Shown: positions 29,336 through 37,714 of the stretch, piece by piece
Layout: every line of letters begins with the position of its first letter
Numbering within the stretch: the stretch's first letter is position 1
From: an uncultured Dehalococcoidia bacterium
GTDB taxonomy: Bacteria > Chloroflexota > Dehalococcoidia > SZUA-161 > SpSt-899
Length of the DNA: 53,397 bases
Direction: 5' to 3'
Assembly: GCA_964548045.1 (NCBI GenBank)
Contig: CAZJQZ010000001.1
Span: 21,523-74,919, forward strand
Program-made: the position numbers and the translations under genes
The notes under the pieces: model-generated
Told to the model about the DNA's origin: nothing
Databases searched by the model: none
What the model saw: the letters and a program-made list of their open reading frames with translations, nothing else

Positions 29336-31186
29336 ATGGAATTTTTGAAGGGTTCAAGCAAGGTTAAAAAGGGGAACACGCTGGCAATCACGATTTGTCT
29401 GGCTATGGTGTTTCTGGCTGGTTGTATTGAGGGAGGACCGGTAACCGATGACTGGCAATACGGAAGTAATCTCGGTACCAATGCCGGAACCCCGACTCCA
29501 ACACCAACATCGACAGTAGCAAAAGTCGATGATTGGCAATACGATGAGTTTGCTCTAACTGATGGTAATTATCGAACCAAAGGAGGTGTAGCAGCTTCGG
29601 GCCCGCAGGGAGCGCCGGCCCCCGTACCAGCACCGATGGCAGAATACGGAGCAGCCTCTTCTGTGGCAGGCTCAGTCAACATCGGGTTCTCCACCGGCGG
29701 GGCCAAGGACATCAACAACTTCCGCGAGAACATCGAAAATGACTACCTGCCCCTTCCCACAGATGTCACCTTCGAAGGGCTATTCTACGATTATTACTTC
29801 GATACCGGACAGCAGAAGCCATGTGAAAGCCTCTTCTGTCCTTCCTACAGTTACGCAGTCACCGAGGACCCGTTCTCCGGCGAAGTGGAATACTATCTGG
29901 CTGTGGGCTTGAATTCAGGAATGAAGGAGAGCGATTTCGAAAGGAAGAATCTCAATCTGGTCATAGTGCTGGATGTTTCCGGTTCGATGGGGTCACCGTT
30001 CAATCAGTATTACTACGATCAGTTTGGAAACCGGGTTGAACTCGAAGGGGCGGAGGAGGACTGGCACAAAACCAAAATGGAAATCGCCTCCGAATCAGTA
30101 GTGGCCCTGCTGGACCACCTGAACGACGATGACCGCTTCGGCATGGTGCTGTTCAACAACGATGCTTATCTTGCCAAGCCATTAAACCCTGTCGGTGAGA
30201 CTGATATGGACGCAATTAAGGATCATATTCTGGAACTGACTGATGGCGGTGGCACGCACATGTCAGCCGGGATGGAGATGGGCACTGATCTGTTTGCCGA
30301 GTATCTGGATACGGATCAGTCCGAATATGAAAACCGGATCATCTTCCTGACCGACGCAATGCCCAATATCGGGGAAACCGGCGAACACGGTTTGCTGGGC
30401 ATTACGGAAGATAACGCTGATAACAATCTCTACAGCACCTTCATCGGGATCGGGGTAGATTTCAACACCGAACTGGTGGAATTCATCACTAAGATAAAAG
30501 GTGCCAATTATTATTCGGTCCATTCGGCGAAGCAATTCGAAGAGCGGATGGACGAAGAATTCGAATACATGGTCACGCCGCTGGTGTTCGATCTGGAACT
30601 GGAGCTTGAGGCCGATGGCTGGGAAATCGAGAAGGTTTATGGCAGCCCGGAAGCGGATGAGGCAACCGGAGAACTGATGAAGGTGAACACTCTGTTCCCC
30701 TCAAAAACGGAGGGAGGGGAGACCAGAGGCGGGCTGGTCTTGCTGAAACTGAAAACGCTTTCTTCCGACAACGAACTGGTTCTGACGGTGAGCTATGAAG
30801 ACCGGAATGGGAAAGATGAAACTGTGGAAACTGAAATCGAACTGGAAGGGGAAGATGCCGAATTTTTCGATAATACCGGTATCCGTAAAGGAGTGTTGCT
30901 TTCCAGATATGCCGGCCTGCTGATCGACTGGATCGTCGATGAGCGCGAACACGAGGACTGGATACGCCCCTGGAGACCAATGGTTGATGATGAAATCGGG
31001 ATTCCGGTGCCTCCACCCATTGAGCCAATGCTGGGACGATGGGAACGCCAGTCAATGCCGCTGACAGTCTCCGAGGAATACGAGGACCTGTTTGAGGAGT
31101 TCACGGATTACTTCGAGGCTGAGATGGGAGCTATCGGAGATGATACCCTTGAACAGGAACTCGAAATTTTGGATATGCTTAACTGA
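29336..31186 (+). CDS. YfbK-like von Willebrand factor A lipoprotein
   Basis: ATG 29336 behind AAAGGAGG. Lipobox MVFLAGC. FSTGGAKDINNFRENIENDYLP N-terminal module. MIDAS VLDVSGSMG. Long C-terminal domain as in vWA+DUF3520 proteins. Confidence 0.82.
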   Translation: MEFLKGSSKVKKGNTLAITICLAMVFLAGCIEGGPVTDDWQYGSNLGTNAGTPTPTPTSTVAKVDDWQYDEFALTDGNYRTKGGVAASGPQGAPAPVPAPMAEYGAASSVAGSVNIGFSTGGAKDINNFRENIENDYLPLPTDVTFEGLFYDYYFDTGQQKPCESLFCPSYSYAVTEDPFSGEVEYYLAVGLNSGMKESDFERKNLNLVIVLDVSGSMGSPFNQYYYDQFGNRVELEGAEEDWHKTKMEIASESVVALLDHLNDDDRFGMVLFNNDAYLAKPLNPVGETDMDAIKDHILELTDGGGTHMSAGMEMGTDLFAEYLDTDQSEYENRIIFLTDAMPNIGETGEHGLLGITEDNADNNLYSTFIGIGVDFNTELVEFITKIKGANYYSVHSAKQFEERMDEEFEYMVTPLVFDLELELEADGWEIEKVYGSPEADEATGELMKVNTLFPSKTEGGETRGGLVLLKLKTLSSDNELVLTVSYEDRNGKDETVETEIELEGEDAEFFDNTGIRKGVLLSRYAGLLIDWIVDEREHEDWIRPWRPMVDDEIGIPVPPPIEPMLGRWERQSMPLTVSEEYEDLFEEFTDYFEAEMGAIGDDTLEQELEILDMLN

Positions 31187-31229
31187 CAATCATGTGCCGG
31201 GTAGCCGGGAGCATCTGCTTGCGGCTACC

Positions 31230-32018
31230 CTAATCTTTCAGAGAACTCAAATACATACAGATAGCGCCACAGGCCGCCACGTTCAGCGACTCTGCTTTTT
31301 CGCGTGCGATGGGGATTCTGAGTTGGGAATCGGCCAGTTGCAAGAGTTCCCGTGAAGGCCCCGATGCCTCGTTTCCCAGCGCGATCACAAGCTTGTTTTG
31401 AGAAGCCGGCACCGACGGCTCATCGGTGCCGTGAACGTCAGCAATTGTCAATGCAAAATCCTTCCGCTTGAGATATTGAACGAGTTCAAGATAATCGACG
31501 CTCCTTCTAAGCCATACAGATAGCACCGTGCCCGCAGTTGCCTGAACGCACTTGGGCGAAAAAGGATCGGCGCACTTTTGGGTCATAATCACCCCATCAA
31601 AATCAAACGCAGCAGCAGTGCGGATTAGCGTGCCCACGTTGCCGGGGTCCTGAATATCCTCAAGCAGCAGTATCCTTTCGCCAGGATTTTTCGGGAGATT
31701 GTCAGCGTGTGTCTCCGCAGGCAGGCGAACAACCGCCAGTGTTCCCTGTGGCGTCTCGGTAAGGCAAATTTCCCGGAACTGCTTTTCAGTAAGGGTGCGA
31801 ACAGGATGATCGCCAAAAGCGAAGGAATGCCCTTCCATCAATATCACTTCGCTGATTTCGTCCGGGTGCATTTGAGCAATTTGAGTAATGGCTCGTTCCC
31901 CTTCAACAAGAAATGCGCATGCTTCGTTCCGCCCTTTCCGGGTGGCCAGTTTTTTGTACCACTTCAGTGGTTTCAGGGGGACATTCGATGCCGGCAACAT
32001 AGTGTCCTTATTATACAT
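31230..32018 (-). CDS. TrmH/SpoU-family RNA 2'-O-methyltransferase
   Basis: SpoU motifs NVGTLIRTAAAF, LGNEASGPS and IPIAREKAESLNVAACGAICMY. Confidence 0.85.
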   Translation of the reverse strand: MYNKDTMLPASNVPLKPLKWYKKLATRKGRNEACAFLVEGERAITQIAQMHPDEISEVILMEGHSFAFGDHPVRTLTEKQFREICLTETPQGTLAVVRLPAETHADNLPKNPGERILLLEDIQDPGNVGTLIRTAAAFDFDGVIMTQKCADPFSPKCVQATAGTVLSVWLRRSVDYLELVQYLKRKDFALTIADVHGTDEPSVPASQNKLVIALGNEASGPSRELLQLADSQLRIPIAREKAESLNVAACGAICMYLSSLKD

Positions 32019-32076
32019 TGAAATCGGCGGGGCCGATAGCTAAACTTCCTCAAGTGACAATGGGTGTGCTAAACTC

Positions 32077-32574
32077 ATGAGTATGTTGAAAATCTCCCCG
32101 GTCAAAATGCGTCAAAGCCTGCTCCTCTTTTGCGTGGCAGCGGTGATACTGATTGTTGATCAGATCACTAAATTTTTCGTGCGTTCCAATATGGATTTAC
32201 ATCAGTCAATTCCCGCCGATGGCAACTTCCGCCTGACATATTCCACCAACAGCGGCAGCGTGTTCGGGCTCTCGCTTGATTCGACGTTTCTGCTGGTCAT
32301 GGCTCCAATTGTCATTCTGGCGATTCTATGGCTCTATTTTTATTACCTGCCGACCGCGAACAGATTGATGCGAACCGGACTGGGATTGCTGCTGGGAGGA
32401 GCCATCGGCAATTTGTGCGATCGAGTTCGGGCAGGAGAGGTAACCGACTTCATCGATGTTCAATTATGGGGCAACTTTCACTGGGCAACGTTCAACGTAG
32501 CCGATGCCTCTATTACTGTGGGCATCGTAATGATAGTATATTACTTCTTCAGAGAAGTCAGAAGCCCCGGGTAA
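32077..32574 (+). CDS. lspA: lipoprotein signal peptidase II
   Basis: NSGSVFGL, GGAIGNLCDR, VTDFIDV and FNVADASI motifs. Four TM segments. Confidence 0.9.
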   Translation: MSMLKISPVKMRQSLLLFCVAAVILIVDQITKFFVRSNMDLHQSIPADGNFRLTYSTNSGSVFGLSLDSTFLLVMAPIVILAILWLYFYYLPTANRLMRTGLGLLLGGAIGNLCDRVRAGEVTDFIDVQLWGNFHWATFNVADASITVGIVMIVYYFFREVRSPG

Positions 32575-32911
32575 ATCCCCCATCTCAAACGCAGGGAATC
32601 TCCGCAAGGAACTGATGTTGTATCACCAGCAAAAATATGCTATGATTCGATTTGCTGTGCCTTTCGGCCGGCGAGGGAGGTGATGGTTCCTACTTTATGG
32701 ATACTGGTCATTTATCACCAACAGATAATATAGTTGACATTATCGCTTATAGCGAGATAGTCTCACGAAAACCGTCTCAAGCGGGAAGGATTTTGATGGC
32801 GGAATTCGGCGGGTTATGTCGCCCGAGACCGGCTGAGTCAGGCAGATGGCATGAAGGAAAGCTACTAGCCAAACATATATTCCAATAATAAAACAAAAGG
32901 GGGTGGGTCCA

Positions 32912-33259
32912 ATGCACCTGATTATCGATGGGTACGTTAGTGATCCCGGAAAGATACAAGAGACAAATTTCATTTACCAGTTCCTCGATACGTACCCTGA
33001 ACAAATTGAAATGACCAAGGTCTCCACTCCCCAGGTTTCCGAATACAGTCTTCAGGAGCAGGGAGTTTCTGGATTTGTGCTCCTTGCCGAAAGCCACATC
33101 AGCGTCCACGTTTTCCCCGAAAAATCCTATATAAATATAGATATCTTTTCCTGCGCAGCGTTTGATCACGCGCAAGCAGCTCGCCAACTTGAACAGCAAT
33201 TCGGCCTTACAGATGTAAAAGTACGGGCCCTTGATCGTCCCCTTCCGAATATCGGATAG
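32912..33259 (+). CDS. speH: S-adenosylmethionine decarboxylase proenzyme (pyruvoyl, SpeH type)
   Basis: GVSGFVLLAESHISVHVFPE contains the E-S self-cleavage site, followed by IDIFSC. ATG 32912 after AAAGGGGGTGGG; the track GTG at 32903 is rejected. Confidence 0.82.
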   Translation: MHLIIDGYVSDPGKIQETNFIYQFLDTYPEQIEMTKVSTPQVSEYSLQEQGVSGFVLLAESHISVHVFPEKSYINIDIFSCAAFDHAQAARQLEQQFGLTDVKVRALDRPLPNIG

Positions 33260-33321
33260 GTTCATTTTGAACAGATCATTTTTTTTGACGTGATATGAAC
33301 GTTTGGTAGAGGTATTGCAGA

Positions 33322-34443
33322 TTGCCCAAACAGAAACTCCAAACAAGCGCAATTCAAAAGATAAAGAGGCTCGCCGGAATACGGGAGACACCTTTTCTTG
33401 TCCTCGAAAAGGAAGCTATCCCCAATAAATACCGGCTGACCCGGGAAGCATTGCCGGATGCCCGTGTATTCTATGCGGTCAAGGCAAATGCCGACAGGCG
33501 AATCATAGAGTTGCTGCATGCTCAGGGCTGCGGTTTCGAGGTCTCTTCCGCACAGGAATTAAAACTGGTAATCGGGTGCGGAGTACCTCCAAATCAGATC
33601 ATATCCAGTAACCCTCTAAAAAGCACTAATTTCATAAAAGCTGCTCATCAGGCTGGCGTTAACTACTTCGCCTTCGATTCAAAAGGTGAAATCGGCAAAC
33701 TGGCCGAGTTCGCTCCCGGCAGCAATGTTTATGTGAGACTTTCCGTTCCCAATGAGGGAAGCGAGTGGCCTTTGGACAGGAAATTCGGAGTTGAAGCCGA
33801 ACAGGCAGTTCAGTTGCTCACTGAAGCTGCTAAAGAGTCTCTTGTGCCTTGTGGGATAACTTTCCACGTAGGTTCCCAATGTGCCAGCACGAAAGCATGG
33901 TCAGATGCGATTAAAAAGTGCTCTCAGGTCTGGCAACAGGCAAAAGACAAAGGCCTGGAATTGAAAATGGTGAATATCGGTGGAGGATTTCCCGTTCAGC
34001 ATAATCGCGCTGTTCCTCATATTACTGAGAGAGCAAGAACGATACATGATGTGATAAGACAGGAGTTCCCCGATGATGTGGAGATCTTCGCTGAGCCAGG
34101 GAGATATCTGGTCGGTGAAGCCGGTACGCTGGTAAGCAGTGTCATCGCCAAAGCCAGCCGTAACGGAGAAAACTGGCTGTATCTGGACGTGGGAGTTTTT
34201 AACGGTTTAATGGAAAGTCTGGGCGGCATCCAGTATTCAATGAGCACCGATAAAGAAAACCCACTGCAGAAATGGGTAGTAGCCGGCCCTTCATGTGACA
34301 GCATGGATCTCATTTCAAATGAAGTCCACCTCCCCGAACCGGAAATAGGCGACACGGTATATATCTCCCCGGCAGGTGCATACACCACTGCTTACGCCTC
34401 CCGATTCAACGGTATCTCCATCCCAAGGACATACTTCATTTAG
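33322..34443 (+). CDS. group IV PLP-dependent decarboxylase (ornithine/lysine decarboxylase-like)
   Basis: PLP-Lys motif FYAVKAN, NIGGGFP, EPGRYLVGEAG, GPSCDSMD. TTG start is the only start codon available. Confidence 0.78.
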   Translation: MPKQKLQTSAIQKIKRLAGIRETPFLVLEKEAIPNKYRLTREALPDARVFYAVKANADRRIIELLHAQGCGFEVSSAQELKLVIGCGVPPNQIISSNPLKSTNFIKAAHQAGVNYFAFDSKGEIGKLAEFAPGSNVYVRLSVPNEGSEWPLDRKFGVEAEQAVQLLTEAAKESLVPCGITFHVGSQCASTKAWSDAIKKCSQVWQQAKDKGLELKMVNIGGGFPVQHNRAVPHITERARTIHDVIRQEFPDDVEIFAEPGRYLVGEAGTLVSSVIAKASRNGENWLYLDVGVFNGLMESLGGIQYSMSTDKENPLQKWVVAGPSCDSMDLISNEVHLPEPEIGDTVYISPAGAYTTAYASRFNGISIPRTYFI

Positions 34444-34477
34444 CCGAAATGAATTCAGGTATTTCTTTTTCTGATGA

Positions 34478-34506
34478 TTGCACTTCTATCTTCAATGGTG
34501 TAGAAT
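34478..34506 (+). promoter_or_regulatory. putative sigma70-type promoter upstream of Zn-ribbon paralog 2
   Basis: TTGCAC (34478-34483), 17 nt, TAGAAT (34501-34506). It would give a leader of about 190 nt. Confidence 0.4.
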
Positions 34507-34669
34507 GTACGTCAAACAAGTATCCATTTCGATTCAGGGAGAGTTCGTAGTTCACATCCTCGGAAAGAGCAGCTATCAGTCAGAGGAAGGCTTCACTTAC
34601 CCGCTTTCTGGCCTGCCGTTAGCAGTCTCAAATCCAGCCTTGAACTTCACGCAGTTCCCGGGTTGAACT

Positions 34670-34678
34670 TGGTACAAT
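34670..34678 (+). promoter_or_regulatory. possible extended -10 promoter (TGgTACAAT)
   Basis: TGG TACAAT at 34670-34678, about 24 nt before ATG 34702, with GGGGGAG as SD in between. Confidence 0.3.
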
Positions 34679-34701
34679 CAATTCAAGGGGGAGATCAGGC
34701 A

Positions 34702-34980
34702 ATGGCATTTGAGGACAAGACTTTGGTGTGCAGTGATTGTGGAAGGGAATTTGTTTTCACTGCGGGAGAGCAGGAATTCTATGAGCAACGAGGGCTCCTC
34801 AACGAACCCCGCCGCTGCCCGGAGTGCCGACAAATCAAGAAACGGGGACGATCTGGCCCGCGCGAAATGCACACAGCCATTTGTGCTGCCTGTGGCGCTG
34901 AATGTGAGGTTCCGTTCCTGCCTCGTGGAGACCGCCCGGTCTACTGCAATGAGTGTTTCGCCAAGATGAAGGATCAGTAG
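34702..34980 (+). CDS. Zn-ribbon protein (CxxC...CxxC x2), paralog 2
   Basis: 92 aa MAFEDKTLVCSDCGREFVFTAGEQEFYEQRGLLNEPRRCPECR...ICAACGAECEVPFLPRGDRPVYCNECF. By eye, over half the residues match 22438..22734. Confidence 0.8.
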   Translation: MAFEDKTLVCSDCGREFVFTAGEQEFYEQRGLLNEPRRCPECRQIKKRGRSGPREMHTAICAACGAECEVPFLPRGDRPVYCNECFAKMKDQ

Positions 34981-35039
34981 TTTTCGCTTGCTCTAAGATT
35001 ACCTCGTCATTATCATCATTTTAAAACTTGCTTTCCAAA

Positions 35040-35333
35040 ATGAATGTTGGAGCATTGCGAGTGAAGTTGTGTTTGCCTGAGAATGGTTCCCTTAAAGGCA
35101 AGCGCAAGGTGGTAAAGTCGATTTGTGGCCGGGTGGAAAACAAGTTCAATGTTTCCATAGCCGAAATCGATGACCTTGACCATTGGAAACTGGCAACGTT
35201 GGGAGTTGTCTGTGTGAGTAATGATGGCCGCCATGCCAATGAAATCCTCTCCAGAGTAATGAATTTCATAGAAGCCTCCAGAGGAGATGCCGAACTTCTG
35301 GATTATGAAATCGAAATCCTGAACGTCCTCTAA
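35040..35333 (+). CDS. DUF503 (YlxP-like) protein
   Basis: MNVGALRVKLCLPENGSLKGKRKVVKSI...SIAEIDDLDHWKLATLGVVCVSND matches the DUF503 pattern. Confidence 0.72.
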   Translation: MNVGALRVKLCLPENGSLKGKRKVVKSICGRVENKFNVSIAEIDDLDHWKLATLGVVCVSNDGRHANEILSRVMNFIEASRGDAELLDYEIEILNVL

Positions 35334-35335
35334 TA

Positions 35336-37618
35336 ATGGATACTTCGGCCTTCCTCGATCATCTCAAAGTATCTCCCTTTTACGAGTACCAGATTGTCCA
35401 TCAGGAGCATATCCGGCCCCAAAAAGCCCGCTACGGGCAATTGGAAAAGCCGCTTAACCCTTCCCTGCAAACTGCCTTGGAAGCATTTGAGCTTCTTCCG
35501 CTCTACAGCCATCAGGCAACCGCAATTAACCTTTCCCGATCCGGGAAAAACGTGGTTGTATCAACCCCTTCGGCCAGCGGAAAAACTCTCTGCTACAATC
35601 TGCCCGTGCTGGATTCTCTGCTCAAACAAAAAAACAGCCGGGCCCTCTATCTTTTTCCTACCAAAGCGCTGGCACAGGATCAACTGAAAACCCTCAACGG
35701 ACTCACCTCTGCAATTCATCCTGAAATCCAGGCAGCCACTTTCGACGGCGATACCCCCCGCAACCAGCGAACCCTGATACGAAAGTCAGCCCGAATAATT
35801 CTCTCCAATCCGGACATGCTGCATTTCGGCATTCTGCCCCGCCACCGCGCATGGACTTCCTTCCTTGGCCAGTTAAAATTCGTGGTGATCGATGAAGCCC
35901 ATGCCTACCGAGGCATCTTCGGTTCTCACGTAGCCAATATTCTTCGCCGACTCCAACGCATCTGCGCCCGATATGGAGCCAATCCTCAATTTATCTGCTG
36001 TTCCGCCACCATCGCCAACCCCGGTGAACATGCCGAAAATCTGACCGGATTGCCCTTTGAAATCGTCACCGATGATGGAGCGCCATCGGGAGGAAAGGAC
36101 TTCATTTGCTGGAATCCGCCGCTGATCGATCAGGCCAACTCTGTCCGCCGCAGCGCCAGCAGTGAAGCTACTCGACTCCTCACCGAACTGATCCAGACAG
36201 GCACCCGCAGCCTTGCCTTCGCCCGAACCCGCAACCTGGTCGAACTGATCTACGTTTACGTCCGCAAGCAACTGGACTTGATATCCCCGGAACTGGCCGA
36301 CCTGATAAAACCCTATCGCGCCGGGTATCTGGCCGAGGATCGCCGAAAGATCGAACAGGAACTCTTCAAAGGGAGATTGCTGGCGACTGTGGCCACTAAT
36401 GCGCTGGAACTGGGAGTGGATATCGGCGAACTCGATGCTACCATCCTAACCGGCTATCCCGGCAGCATCGCCAGCACTTTTCAGCAGGCGGGTAGAAGTG
36501 GCCGGAGAGGGGAACTTTCCCTCAGTATTCTGATCGGTTCGGAGAACCCTCTTGACCAGTATTTCATGCGCTATCCGGAAGCTCTATTCGGGAAGGATTT
36601 CGAACACGCCCTGATCTCCCCAACGAATCCGCATATTCTAAAACCACATTTGCTGTGCGCCGCCTGGGAATTCCCTCTGACCGATGCAGACCGAAAGTAT
36701 TTTGGGGATTTTGATGAAACGATAATGGAACTCAGAAAAGAGGGTCTGTTCCGGGTCCGGGGCAAGCGCTGGTATCCGACACCTTCGGTTACCTATCCGG
36801 CCAGGAATGTGAATATCCGGTCCTGTTCGGCAGTAAATTACACACTGGTTGATGCCGGCACCGGCCAGATACTGGAGACTATCGAGTCAGATACGGCATT
36901 CTCCCAGGCTCATCCCGGAGCGGTGTACCTGCATCAGGGGGACTCCTATCTCGTCACCGATCTTGACCTGATTTCACACATCGCCTATGCGCTGCCCACT
37001 AACGCCCATTACTACACGCAGAGCAAAGACCTCACCGATCTCGATATACTCCAGACAAAGGATCAAAAACAGGTCGGGCACACAACGATCTACATGGGAA
37101 CGGTGCAGGTTACCACCACAGTAGTGGCCTTCAAAAAGAAGCGGGTATATACCGAAGAAGTGCTGGGAGAGGAACCGCTGGATTTGCCTCCCCAGCCATT
37201 CGAAACGGTCGCTCTCTGGTTTGATATGCCGCCGGAAATCGAACACCATCTGGCTCAGGAAGGGCTGGACTTTGCTGGCGGACTCCATGCCACCGAACAT
37301 GCTGCCATCGCCATGCTCCCTCTGTTCGCCCTCTGCGATCGGAACGATATTGGCGGTGTCTCCACTCCATTCCATCCCGATACCGGCCAGGCTCAGATAT
37401 TCATCTACGATGCCCATCCCGGAGGGGTGGGGATCGCCGAAAAGGGGTTTGAGCTGATTGAGGCCCTCTGGAGAGAAACCCTGAAGCTGATCTCCGAATG
37501 CCCCTGCGAAGATGGCTGCCCCAGTTGCGTCCAGTCACCCAAGTGCGGCAACAACAATCAGCCACTGGACAAGAAAGCGGCACAGTTAATTCTTGAAAGG
37601 TTATTGAACACCCGATAG
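35336..37618 (+). CDS. DEAH-box helicase with C-terminal DUF1998 Zn domain (MrfA/YprA-like)
   Basis: Motif I PSASGKTLCYNLP, motif II VIDEAHAYRG, QQAGRSGRR, and the C-terminal four-Cys CPCEDGCPSCVQSPKCGNNN. ATG lies 2 nt after the DUF503 stop. Confidence 0.85.
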   Translation: MDTSAFLDHLKVSPFYEYQIVHQEHIRPQKARYGQLEKPLNPSLQTALEAFELLPLYSHQATAINLSRSGKNVVVSTPSASGKTLCYNLPVLDSLLKQKNSRALYLFPTKALAQDQLKTLNGLTSAIHPEIQAATFDGDTPRNQRTLIRKSARIILSNPDMLHFGILPRHRAWTSFLGQLKFVVIDEAHAYRGIFGSHVANILRRLQRICARYGANPQFICCSATIANPGEHAENLTGLPFEIVTDDGAPSGGKDFICWNPPLIDQANSVRRSASSEATRLLTELIQTGTRSLAFARTRNLVELIYVYVRKQLDLISPELADLIKPYRAGYLAEDRRKIEQELFKGRLLATVATNALELGVDIGELDATILTGYPGSIASTFQQAGRSGRRGELSLSILIGSENPLDQYFMRYPEALFGKDFEHALISPTNPHILKPHLLCAAWEFPLTDADRKYFGDFDETIMELRKEGLFRVRGKRWYPTPSVTYPARNVNIRSCSAVNYTLVDAGTGQILETIESDTAFSQAHPGAVYLHQGDSYLVTDLDLISHIAYALPTNAHYYTQSKDLTDLDILQTKDQKQVGHTTIYMGTVQVTTTVVAFKKKRVYTEEVLGEEPLDLPPQPFETVALWFDMPPEIEHHLAQEGLDFAGGLHATEHAAIAMLPLFALCDRNDIGGVSTPFHPDTGQAQIFIYDAHPGGVGIAEKGFELIEALWRETLKLISECPCEDGCPSCVQSPKCGNNNQPLDKKAAQLILERLLNTR

Positions 37619-37714
37619 GCTTCGAGCAGAACACACTCAATAAGTCCGCTTGCCTGAACAGGTTCAAAGTTGTATAATGCCGTTACGTTCCAGTCTCTGA
37701 GGAGGTTTGTAATT

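Noticed and set aside
32777-33391. 204-aa minus-strand ORF overlapping speH and the ODC-like start
   Set aside because: It overlaps two well-supported plus-strand genes. The translation is low complexity and has no family resemblance.
34478-34666. 62-aa TTG-start ORF upstream of Zn-ribbon paralog 2
   Set aside because: The TTG is the -35 box of a promoter-like element. No SD and no recognisable protein features.
35336-37618. DEAH/DUF1998 helicase as a DISARM-like defence component
   Set aside because: Helicase and DUF1998 are fused as in housekeeping MrfA/YprA. No methyltransferase, PLD nuclease or other DISARM partner is adjacent.
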